Below, piece by piece: positions 36,301 to 46,206 of a stretch of 64,000 bases of DNA. How positions within the stretch are numbered: the first letter of the stretch is position 1; each line of letters opens with the position of its first letter. Where the stretch lies: NCBI GenBank assembly GCA_022605425.2, contig CM061256.1, forward strand, positions 124,001 to 188,000, in the 5' to 3' direction. Under the pieces are notes generated by a model that saw only the letters and a program-made list of their open reading frames with translations, ran no database searches and had not been told where the DNA came from. The translations under genes were made by a program, and so were the position numbers. The DNA is from Hamiltosporidium tvaerminnensis FI-OER-3-3. Taxonomy: Eukaryota > Fungi > Microsporidia.

Positions 36301-37149
36301 GGATCATCTAGCAACTAGATGTGAAAAAATGCTAGGCCATGATTACACTAGACGGCATAATGAAGTGGTTAGATGCCTACACCTTCTCCTTCTAAATAGA
36401 TATAAGTTTAAGTCTTCAAAACGAATAAGGAGCCACTCAGTTCAAGAAATTCTTGATAATGAGTATGCAGAGATAAGAGTGGACACCAGAATTAAAACTG
36501 ATGTTAAAATTCGGAATAACAGACCGGACATATTTATTTTAGATAAGAAGAAGAATAAGATAACACTCATTGAAGTAGGAATCACTTCCCAAGATTCACT
36601 TCAAATAGTTGAAACTGAAAAACTTAGGAAGTATGACCTGCTAGCCAATGAGTTGGGCCTTATTTATAAGTGTAGTGTTGAGATAATCCCTTATGTGATG
36701 ACCTGGGACGGTATTGTGACAAAATACCATAAATCTCATCTTAAAAGACTAGAAATACCCATGAATGTAGAAGCATACATTCAGTCTATAGTACTTAAAA
36801 AGACAGTCGAAACTATTTCCTTTGATCGACGAAGAGGACTTGAGTCAGGACTAAATGCCGAAGAGAGCTGGGAGAGAGCGTCAATGGGTGTTATTATGAG
36901 ATCAGAGATGCATGAGGAACCAATACCCCCTTTAAAAGAAGCGAAAACAGAGGAAGATGGTGCCAAAAATTTTAAACCAAAATATAAAGCCCCCTTTATT
37001 TTACAAGGAGGAACCACTTTAGAGGAACCGACCAATAACATAAATGAAGAGTCGGATTTGGAAGAAGAGACAAAAGTGGTCAAAGAGGTAGAAGAAAATA
37101 TGTAAAAATGGTAAAAAATATTTTAACCCAGAATTTTATTAAATAAAAT
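33337..37149 (+). mobile_element. Intact R4/Dong-clade non-LTR retrotransposon, copy 2, 14-bp TSD
   Basis: TSD TTTATATATTCTTG at 33323-33336 and 37150-37163. 7-nt leader, 44-nt 3' trailer, no poly(A) tail. Confidence 0.93.
33344..37105 (+). CDS. Reverse transcriptase + CCHC + restriction-like endonuclease (1253 aa), R4/Dong clade
   Basis: Same RT and REL motifs as copy 1. The core is very similar; the N-terminal Pro/Ser-rich ~110 aa and the C-terminal tail are divergent. Confidence 0.95.
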   Translation: MGRKKNVSSEISNNTKIKAANDADEVKKSDSEIQKCKLHPPAIPLPSSSYTAITPPPPSQTCSKMQNSGLDTLPSPNAPVPSSVEVSACEPSYDMTSPCTLAIPEGNRLMALRTIFDSVTADPKEWPRIVFFAVQTRFERMPRNGWTELHRYYNEKFGCTETLEVLKKLAQSEMGKDVKSEENGERRRIATCLADTCTLTDTTEYINLRDKFLSKIKEISENEIGKVVVRTRKHPNELVDSKVLDLINRVVGEYAGAHVPESITEAAYIMQAAQVCYDEATRKEKPRSAWKENIESKISKLVLSKDLLEKARKQEKLSTSETKSLKKIMREFNLNLSSVTDLSEALVKKNESLNVYEKKITMHESRKQFRKENRMFELFRGRFYRGLSERVESEHVVSRDEIVSFWSTMWNKNDDTVTYDDYLIPFVSDNHPTTFPSLDEFVNIINWLPNWKAAGIDGIYNFFIKKLTTLHKYLYDIVKVICLEGTPQADWFYCGLTYLIPKGIPRRGSDYRPITCMSNLYKLTTKCVTKVVQLEVERRGLLSENQLGAVRGVQGAKEQALLNIALNKEYGNNLKATWIDVKKAYDSIDHAYLTQCIENLNLPDWILKFIKVIISKWKIDISVGPEKIMSKKIDRGILQGDSLSPLLFVLCMDPLSRKLNEKYTKVTVQTDAESHSTNHLLFIDDLKLLAKDSSTLSAMTGEAKEFLEVIGLEINKEKSATNDTCCEDTATLLEGVSVYKYLGIIEDSRGIPTRSSFEEVQSKLISRVERLCHTRLNAKNLFSAINQHAISLINYHIGVLRLEPADFSKLDDAVRAVLVKNKIHLRPGCKERLYLPRTELGRGLHSVELRSEHMLLQLLDCLEKSKEISTRRAAILKVENNNKTHLALIKGFLKVKYRLVEEVTKKSLEEAQLAKLYNEIEKRKLHSKLYNARKNELVSVSDSSRWLKRGNIRPRNEAVFCYIQDRNVFWGADGVCQHCGKSGKTVDHLATRCEKMLGHDYTRRHNEVVRCLHLLLLNRYKFKSSKRIRSHSVQEILDNEYAEIRVDTRIKTDVKIRNNRPDIFILDKKKNKITLIEVGITSQDSLQIVETEKLRKYDLLANELGLIYKCSVEIIPYVMTWDGIVTKYHKSHLKRLEIPMNVEAYIQSIVLKKTVETISFDRRRGLESGLNAEESWERASMGVIMRSEMHEEPIPPLKEAKTEEDGAKNFKPKYKAPFILQGGTTLEEPTNNINEESDLEEETKVVKEVEENM

Positions 37150-38149
37150 TTTATATATTCTTGGATCTTTTTTTGCTGAAAAATTATTGTATAATAAAAT
37201 AAAACTCAGGATGAATTCTTATTTAATATTTTTAGTAGCCAGAACTCACTTTATACATTACTTACTAAAAAAAAATAAAGAGAATGAGCCATGCCATTCA
37301 AACCAATGAAAAAAATCATAGGCTCAACTTTTTTTTAGAATTGAAAGAATTAGCGAGAAAACGTATTTAAAAGGCCGAAAATCATTCATAAATTCTTTTC
37401 TGCCATATAAAATAACACAGCATTACTTGAAATTAACAGGCTAGTCTAGAGGAAAGTGTACATTCAGGACAGGCATAGATCTGAATAGAACTAAGTATCT
37501 TTCTAAAATAAAACATATGCTGATGTTCATTATAATATTTTCGTTTTTTTTTCCTTTTGATTTCTTTTTCTTTTTAAGAGCTTTGATACAAACAAAAATA
37601 CTAAGAAGATGAAGTGGAACAGGTTTCAACGCCTGTATTTCGCCTTTCCTTGAGAATGTTGGTTGTTATTATCACAATAAACTAAAAATGAAGATCATCT
37701 ATAAAAAATATCTTACAGAAGTTTATAATATAGAATAAATTATGATTGAAAGAGTTTTATTTCTCTCAATCACATTTCTTTTACTTTTCGATTATTTTAC
37801 GTTATTTTGATATTAGATTATTTTAGTGTTAATTGAGTCAGTTATGGATAAAAATAAAGTCATTCATTATTATTGTTTTTCGTCTATTTTTATAATTTTC
37901 ATTTTGACAACAAGTAGGTGAATATGGAATATTAGAACATAAAATACATTTAATTACTGTTATAATCTCTTAAAAATATTCATCTTATTACCTAAACACT
38001 TAATTTTCATAATATTTTGCGCACTTTGTTATCTGCTTTTTAACAAATTCAAAGAAGATAGGGAGAGACTGTAACCATTTAAATAGCTTTAAAGTATCCC
38101 GATCGTAATATTTCCGTTCATTTTTTCGCTAAAATGCTATAAGTAATTT

Positions 38150-38856
38150 ATAGTAAGCTATGGATACGGCAATAAACATCGAATTTATCATTGTTTTCCT
38201 AAAATCAAAAAATTTAAGTTTTATAATATATAAATGTTCTCACAATCTTTCTTTATTATTTTAAGTTACTTTTATCCCACAATTATTCTCTGAAAAGTCC
38301 GAAGCTCATTAAATAGAGCAGAGTTACCCTAAATCGTTATTATCTATTTTCTCTTTCAATATTTCGAGTAAAAACTCATTTCGGAATTACTAAGACCAGC
38401 AACGTTCTTACTTACTCTACACTTTCTAAATCCAATTAAAATTTGGCTAAGATAGATCTTAGAAATATAAACAATACTAAATTAGACGTTGAAATATCAT
38501 ACCGACATGTATAGCCTCTTACTTAGCATTTCTAGATTTTAAGAAGATTAATTTTTTTTCTTAAAATAGCGCCAAATCTTCTAACTCGTGTGAGCAGAAC
38601 TAGGTTTTTATGCTTTTGCATAGCAACTATCCAAATTTTGATCCCGGTATATAACCTACACACATAAAAACTAAAAAAGAAATCAGTATAAGATCTTCAC
38701 AATTTTGTAGACTTCTTTTTCTTATATATATTATCCTGGAAGAGCAAATACATAGTGTAGGTTCTAATGTTAGAAAAATCGAAGATTTACATTCCAATCG
38801 ATTTCCTCGAAATGTTGATAAAACGATAATTTTGGTGTGTTTAGTCTCATTCCTGC
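38150..38856 (-). mobile_element. Strongly diverged family A repeat
   Basis: CTTACTCTACACTTTCTAAATCCAAT, GCGCCAAATCTTCTAACTCGTGTGAGCAGAACTAGGTTTTTATGCTTTT and ACATAAAAACTA are colinear with 49920-50650. Ends approximate. Confidence 0.75.
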
Positions 38857-39042
38857 AAAAAATAATCAAAACAATCTACGGCTAATACTATATTTTCTAC
38901 AGAATGTTATTTAAGAGTATTTATAAAATGAGTTAAGATTATTTTTTTTATTAGCAAATCCGACTTTCTAAATTTGCCTTATAATGATGTTTCTTTCACT
39001 TAGTAAACTGTCTGCTGAACAATTTTTTTTATTATAAAATAT

Positions 39043-39265
39043 ATTTACATATTCCATTCCTCTTTTACTTCTCGGTGTCGAGGAGGAACAACTGGAAATT
39101 TTCCAATTGCTTCTTTAAATCTGTTGTTACTCTGGATTATATGGGATTGGTTTATAGATCTAATGTGGTTTATATTCCACCAAAATGTCAACAATGCTTT
39201 TCACACCGAATTCACACAATTATTGACAACTAGATAGTATTAATGTGGTTATCCTCTCTTTACCA
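39043..39265 (-). mobile_element. Short non-coding repeat family B (~223 bp), possible 13-bp TSD
   Basis: Sense GGTAAAGAGAGGATAACCAC...TGTGTGAATTCGGTGTGAAAAGCATTGTTGACATTTTGGTGGAATATAAACCAC, then a family-B body. Flanks TATTATAAAATAT (39030-39042) and TACTATAAAATAT (39266-39278) differ by 1 mismatch but are AT-rich. Confidence 0.75.
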
Positions 39266-40079
39266 TACTATAAAATATGATAACCAAAACAGATCAATTA
39301 AGTTGCAAAATTGAATATGAAGAAATATTCATTGTATAATCGAAGTAAAAAAAGATTTATATGCGCGTAAACTATACTAAAAGTTTACGTAAAAAACCAT
39401 ATTCTAGTTATTTGTAAAAATAGAAAATCATATGGTCCAAATTCTTTATATTTATATGCAAAGAAATTTTACTTAATAATAGTTTATATTTCTTCATATT
39501 ATTTGCTTTATATCACCTTCTAGGTTTGCTTGATCGTGCATTTATAATCAACATTCTTTAAATTTTGAGTTAAATGTTTTTTTTCTAAACACTAGATTTG
39601 ATAATTTTGGAATTCATTTGGTCAAAATCTTTTCCTTACTAAATATGCGTTTAAAAACTATTGTGCCCGTTCGTGTATATTAATTCTTAAGCATTACCTC
39701 CTTAGATGCTTTTTCTCAGAATTCACTTCACCATATGCGTAATCAAAAAAATATTTCTGCAATATAAAACGCATATTACCCTTTTCTTTATGCTATATTT
39801 TGTAAAAAAAATTTAAAATCGAATTTGCGAAAAAAATTAAACTTTTTTTGTCAACAAATTTGGTTGATTTATGATGAAGCCTTAATATGCAGTTTATTTA
39901 ATTTTTTTCAAATTAAAATACTTGGAAATTAGAATATATCTAATCTTTACTCTAAAAAGCATATAATGATCATTTACCAAGGATAAAACCCGAAGTAAAT
40001 TTACCTAAGTAATAGATTTATATTTAAGAAAAATATAAAATAGAGAAAATTTAGTTTATTTTAAAGTCCTTATGATTTT

Positions 40080-42416
40080 TCAACTCACATCAATGCCTCT
40101 TTCATAAAAATAATGACAAAAACTTTTAAATTTATCGTTTTCAGCAATATAATTTGTTGCAAGTTCCTCTAAAGGTAGGCACAATAAACACTTCCTGATT
40201 GCAATTAAATTAAAAGCAGGCAGCTCTATCGATAATTTTTTTAGACTTTTAAAATTCTTACAATATATAAAATCTTCTATCGTTAAATCAACGAATGATA
40301 AATTTAAATTTACTAATGATTTAAAAAATTTGCAATTATTTCCTAATTTTCCAAAGCTACAATTAATAAAACTGCAACAAAAAAGATTAAGTTCTTGTAA
40401 AATTTCAAGTTCTTGTATTCTATTTAAATCGCTAGGATATAGAGCTCCATGTTCAAAATTAAGCATTCTTAACCTTGAATTACAAAGAACACTCAATTTT
40501 GATAAATACTCTGAAAAAATCTTACAAAAAGATAAATACAAATATTCCAGATTGTCTAATTTACCTAAAATATCGTAATCTTTTATAAGCTCTAAATTAG
40601 TTCCGTATAAATCTAAAATATATATATTAATTGACAAAAAAATAAGCGATTCGCAATCTAATATAGGTTCAAATACACAGAATTGTATTATTAAAGTTTT
40701 TAAATTTTCCAACTTAAATATTTCTTTTAAAAAAAATGCACAGATTTTTATTTTTCTCAGAACAAGTTTGGTTATGGATTTATGATTACAAAAAAAGTTC
40801 AAGTTTAGAGTTTCTTTTCCCAAAACAATGTTTTCTAAGTGCAAAACTTTAATTTTAAATGCTTGAAGCATTAAATTCAAAGACTTAATATTATAGTTTA
40901 CTTGACACATTTCTAGATATTCCAATTCTTTCATATCTTCAACTGCTTTATATAAATTAGCTTCCACATTTTCAAAAGCTAAATAACCTTTTAACTTCAA
41001 AGTTTTTAAATATTGTAAATGTGATAAAGCGCGTACAAATCCCGGGTGTATTTTTCTAAAATAAAATTGCATACTGAAATAGGTTATATTCATAATCGAA
41101 TCTATTTTCATAAATTCATTTATAAAATTTTCTTCAGCATGTTTCGACCGAAAAAAAAGTATTAGTGTACTAACCTTAGCTCTTCGAAAAAAATCATTCC
41201 ACCAAGAATTGCTTATATCAACAAAACTAAAATCAAAATAATCCAAGGTTTTAATTGAATATGTGAAATCATCGATACAAATAGGGAATCCTGTTATATT
41301 TACATCGTATAATACCAGGCCTCTAAGGTTCAGTTTATTTAATAGTAAATTGAGTATATTTCTTGCTACTAATATATTTTTTAAAGTTAAATATTCAATA
41401 TTATTTCCAATAAACGCATTGAACCTCAATAAAAATGATGATGAAGAGTCATTAAAATTGGAAATTGTTATAGATTTGAAAATATTGTGTGAAAAAGAGG
41501 AGAAATAGAATTCTGAATCTGGAATTATAAATCCTCGATTATTGTTTATTATTAGGGATTTTATATTTATTTCGTTCAATAAATACAGAAAAGAAAAAGA
41601 AATATTGGGATTTCTTAAGATATTTTCTAAGCGACAAAAAATATTATAATTATTAATCAATAAACTCTTATATGGAATATGTTCATTAAAAAATGATGCA
41701 TCATTAGAATTGTTGATATTTTCTAAGAGAATCAAATTTTCATCGTAGAAAATATATTTCATCATAAAAACATTTAAAATAGCAAAAATAAAGTTTTTCT
41801 TTATGTATGAATCAAGTTCAGTTAAAAAACCAGAATTAAATAATTCTTTTATATTAAAATCAAAATTTGAAGTCTTATTTTTATCAAATATAGAAATTAA
41901 AAGTATGAGTGCTTGCAAGAATTTTAATAGTTGTTTGTTTTCTATTACTTTTAAAAACTTAAAAGTTAGAAACATACACTTAAACAAATCACTATTAGGT
42001 TTATTTGGCAATTCTTCTAGATCACTTGATATTTTCAGAAAATAGGATAATTCAAAGGCGCATTCAATGGTGCCATTATTATTTTTAATATTATTTGGTA
42101 ATAGTAAGTTGTTTAAAACTTCAAATTGAAGAAAATTTTCTTTTTTATATCTAAAAACAAGATTTTTTTTATTTAGAGATCTTGAATTAAAGTTAGAGAA
42201 TAATATTAAATTAAATTCATGGTCAACTATATCAATAGTCGAATTTTCTTCTCTAAAAAATAAAATTTCGGAATTTTCATTTGTACTAAAATAATATCTA
42301 CATCTTTCAGATATAATTAGTCGGAATATTAAAAGTGTAGACACTATACGAATACAATTACTAAAAAAAATATAATATGAATTTTTTTTCGTTGTTGAAT
42401 GAGCGCATATATTCAT
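40080..42416 (-). CDS. Leucine-rich repeat protein, paralog 3
   Basis: The track starts at TTG 42440; the first ATG is 42416 (MNICAHS). Family motifs and LRRs present. Confidence 0.9.
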   Translation of the reverse strand: MNICAHSTTKKNSYYIFFSNCIRIVSTLLIFRLIISERCRYYFSTNENSEILFFREENSTIDIVDHEFNLILFSNFNSRSLNKKNLVFRYKKENFLQFEVLNNLLLPNNIKNNNGTIECAFELSYFLKISSDLEELPNKPNSDLFKCMFLTFKFLKVIENKQLLKFLQALILLISIFDKNKTSNFDFNIKELFNSGFLTELDSYIKKNFIFAILNVFMMKYIFYDENLILLENINNSNDASFFNEHIPYKSLLINNYNIFCRLENILRNPNISFSFLYLLNEINIKSLIINNNRGFIIPDSEFYFSSFSHNIFKSITISNFNDSSSSFLLRFNAFIGNNIEYLTLKNILVARNILNLLLNKLNLRGLVLYDVNITGFPICIDDFTYSIKTLDYFDFSFVDISNSWWNDFFRRAKVSTLILFFRSKHAEENFINEFMKIDSIMNITYFSMQFYFRKIHPGFVRALSHLQYLKTLKLKGYLAFENVEANLYKAVEDMKELEYLEMCQVNYNIKSLNLMLQAFKIKVLHLENIVLGKETLNLNFFCNHKSITKLVLRKIKICAFFLKEIFKLENLKTLIIQFCVFEPILDCESLIFLSINIYILDLYGTNLELIKDYDILGKLDNLEYLYLSFCKIFSEYLSKLSVLCNSRLRMLNFEHGALYPSDLNRIQELEILQELNLFCCSFINCSFGKLGNNCKFFKSLVNLNLSFVDLTIEDFIYCKNFKSLKKLSIELPAFNLIAIRKCLLCLPLEELATNYIAENDKFKSFCHYFYERGIDVS

Positions 42417-44914
42417 AAATGAAAATTTTAAGGCCTTCAATATTACGTTTAATATAAATTAATTTAATTTTCTAATTATTTTTTAATTTTATTAAATAAA
42501 TCGGTTTTCGATGTAAAAAAGTATGTGTATATTATTTTATATATATGGAAATTTGAAACAATTTTAAAAATTGCTCAATAAAATAATGTATAACATTATA
42601 TTTCGAAATATACAAATATTTTTGTTTATTCAACTTTGCAAGAAATAGAATTAATTGAAGATATGTTTTAATATAATAAAATGTTTCGTTTTTTTATTAA
42701 ATGAAATTCAAGAAAGAGTATAGAATACATATTCGCCCAGTTATTGTTCTAATTTTCAACTGCCTCCTATAAAATCATAACGATGGTTTTATCAAAAAAA
42801 TCGATAAAATATAAGTTTTTTTTAAGTTTTATTTTCTGGATCAATTCAAAAATTATTTCAAAAGACTTGTAATTTTTCTTACTCTAGCTTTCTTATAGTT
42901 AGTACTTTGATTTTCTTTGAAAAACTTTTCTTAGTTTATATTAGTTTTTTATATATTTAAATAACGTGTTTAGATCACGTTTGATATATTTATTCCGGCT
43001 TTGTCATCAAATGTTTTTTTTGGTTTTTTTCTTATTTACCCAAAATATATTTTGATAATTGAATTCCATAGAAGTTAAACACTAATTTTCCCTTAATTGA
43101 TCTTTTTTCAGTATAATTTATATTTATATCATTCAAAAGCTAAGAATATTTGAAAAAAAAATGGGTTTTTAAGCATCGGAAAGACAAAGTATATTTCAAC
43201 AGGAATCTAACAACTTTTTTAAATTGACTTATTTTGGTTTTGAAGCCAATATTCCACTAATAGATTGTAAAGTTCGGTAGCTTATAAATCAAAATACAAT
43301 AAAAAATTTTAGAGGCAAGACATACCTAATTTCTTGCAGTATTCAAGAATAAAAAGAAGGAAAAGGGAATTTGTACTATTAGCTTAAGTTGTTACATTCT
43401 AATTAAAACGAAATCGTGTCTTATATTATATATCTACTCATATTATAAATTACAGAAACCATTCCTTTTTCCTAATATAAATTTTCTCATCCTGGCATAG
43501 TAATGAGTTGGTATTTGTTATCTGAACTAATAGTTGGAACTAATATATACAAAATAGATGACGTCGATTTCATTGTATAAATTATAGTTTCTAACCATTT
43601 TTTTTTCCTATAGATGCAACATAATCCATTCCAATTATAGCTTCAAGTGATTTTATTTTACAGCTTTTGAACCTTTTTTTTTGAAAGTCAGTTGACTATT
43701 CCGACGCAAATTTACCTTATTCTAAAAGAAATTAGTACGAGAATTGGTTATATCTGACTTCAAAATTAATTTCGATATTCTGCAAATTATAATATAGACA
43801 TAATGTATTAAGAGTATTTTTATGAACTTTTCATATTTGCAAATAACATAGTACGAAGTTTATAAATAACGTTTTTGTATATATTAGTATTATTTTTTTA
43901 TATATATTTTAAATCATTAGGTGTTAGATTTTTCTGCACGTATATTTTTAAACAAATTAACTGAAGCTAAATCAAATATTATTTTTCGATAAATATTAAA
44001 GAAATTTTCACGTTTAAGATAAGTTAAAGAGAAAAATATATACATTTACTGTTTCACTATAAGTTTGCAAATTATGATATTTTTAATTAATTTTAAATGA
44101 CGCTTTCTCACTTTCACTTTGTTTGTTGGTTCTAAAAAAAGATTTACAAACAGTGCCTGTTCTTCCAATTAGAATTAAAATTCTAATTACCAAAGTTGGT
44201 TTTCTTTTCGGTTTTAAAGTTAAATATAGTATAGATTCCATATAAATTACCTGCATTTATTTTATTGTTTCACCTAAATAAATGAAAAGGGTTTTAAGGA
44301 TATTCTACAGGCTCAGACACTCATAAACTTAAACTATTCGAAATTCACATCGTTTTTACAATCGTTTCTATTAAGCTCTCATGTGTTATATGCTTATTTT
44401 TGGTAGAGATATTCATTATGAAAATTATAGTGTTTCATTCTCTTCCACCTGTCAAAATTTGAAAAGGCTTATCGAGATGCCATCGATTCAAACGTTCGAT
44501 GGTTTTTCTGTTGTTTCAACTAAATAATTTTTGTTTTTAGCGTTTCTGTCAGACTCTCATATTATATATTCGTTTCCGGTAAGTTTGAATAAAAAAAACA
44601 CGTATTTTTATTATTATTTACTTTGATCTCTCTTTATTTTAGCCTTTCATTCCGTTTTTCTTGATTATATACCTCTTGTTAAATTACATAATTAAAGTAA
44701 AAATATGTTATAAAAAAAGGTAATAATAATTGTAAATCGGTATAGCCATTTCTTTAAAGTGAATTTTAGAAACTTTTGTCTTAATTTCTTCTTATCTATG
44801 ATACATCGATTTCATGATTTATATCAACATATGACGATTGGGCAATTCAAATTATACAGAGATTGTATCTAACTTATAAAAAGGTATTTGTAGTACTGTA
44901 ATAGTATTGACTAG

Positions 44915-45400
44915 GAATAAGAAATTTTTTAAAATGAGTATTTAGAAATAAAGTGGAACCGAAATAAAGAATGATGTCAAAATCCAAATAGTAGATATGA
45001 TATACTTATTTTTATAAAAGCTAAATTTATATAACGCATATCAAAAAAAAAATATTATGATCGACTTCGAATATTTGATAAAGAAAAGGTAAAGAATTAT
45101 GGTTATTAGCTAATGCCAACGATTTATTCAAGTTTAATCTTAGTAATTCCATATGTGATGACCCGAGACAATTTTGTAACAAAATACCCATAAATATATC
45201 TTAAAAGACTATAGCTACTTATGAATTGAAAAGCATGCCCTCAGTCGATAGTACTTACGAAGAAATGCGAAACAATTTATTTTACTAGTTAAAGAAGACT
45301 TAAATCGGAACAAATTCTGAATATAGTTAGAAGAATGCATCGATGAGTGTTATTTAAGAAGAAGATATATGAAGAACCAATACCCTGTAATACAAGAAGA
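44915..45400 (+). mobile_element. Old relic of the R4-like element endonuclease region
   Basis: AAAGTGGAACCGAAATAAAGAATGATGTCAAAAT ~ AGAGTGGACACCAGAATTAAAACTGATGTTAAAAT; ATATGTGATGACCCGAGAC ~ TTATGTGATGACCTGGGAC; TCAGTCGATAGTACTTA. Boundaries approximate. Confidence 0.7.
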
Positions 45401-46206
45401 TAATGAGAAGATAATCTTACGCACATAAAAACTAAAAATTCTAGTTTAACCAATAATTCGATTCAATAATCTAAGACTGCTCTAAACAAACTTCTTAGTA
45501 TACATCTATGATTATTACTTAAAAGAACCCAATTAGCTAAATATAACCGAAATTGTGTATACGATCCGATCGATATATTGTAATATCATTTAAATGTACA
45601 AATTTTTTATCCACAAGGTAAAACATATAAAGGTATATGATAAAAAATGTAAACCAGATCGCTTAGATAAAATTATTTTTAAAAAAGTACATCATAGCCA
45701 AAACTTATCATTAAAAATATAAAATATGTAAATATTTTAATCAAGCGAAATTTTTTCATAGCGGAAACAATAAAAATGGTTTTACTGGAAAGTTTTTTAA
45801 ATATTTTAGACAACTATTTTGTTTTTTGCTTTCCTTTATCCTAAAAATACTCGAAATATTGTATTGTTTAGCGTGTTTAAGCCAAAATATAAGGCATATG
45901 TACGAGATATTTGCCGAATAAACCGGCATATTTTATAAACTCTAAATTTATACAATATTAAAATCAAAATTAATATTCCTTCTATGTGTTATGCTTCTAA
46001 ATATTCTCATTTATATTTCGATTTAACTTAGAAAATATCATTTTTTCTTTAGTTAAACAATCTACGGGTTTTTTATAATTTAATTTGAAATTTTTAATTT
46101 ATCAAAAGATAAAATAATATTGCGATGATTAAATTCTTTTGATATTTAAAAAAATTCTCGAATTGGATATATATCTAAAAATATCTGGGCTCATTAAAGA
46201 AGAAAA

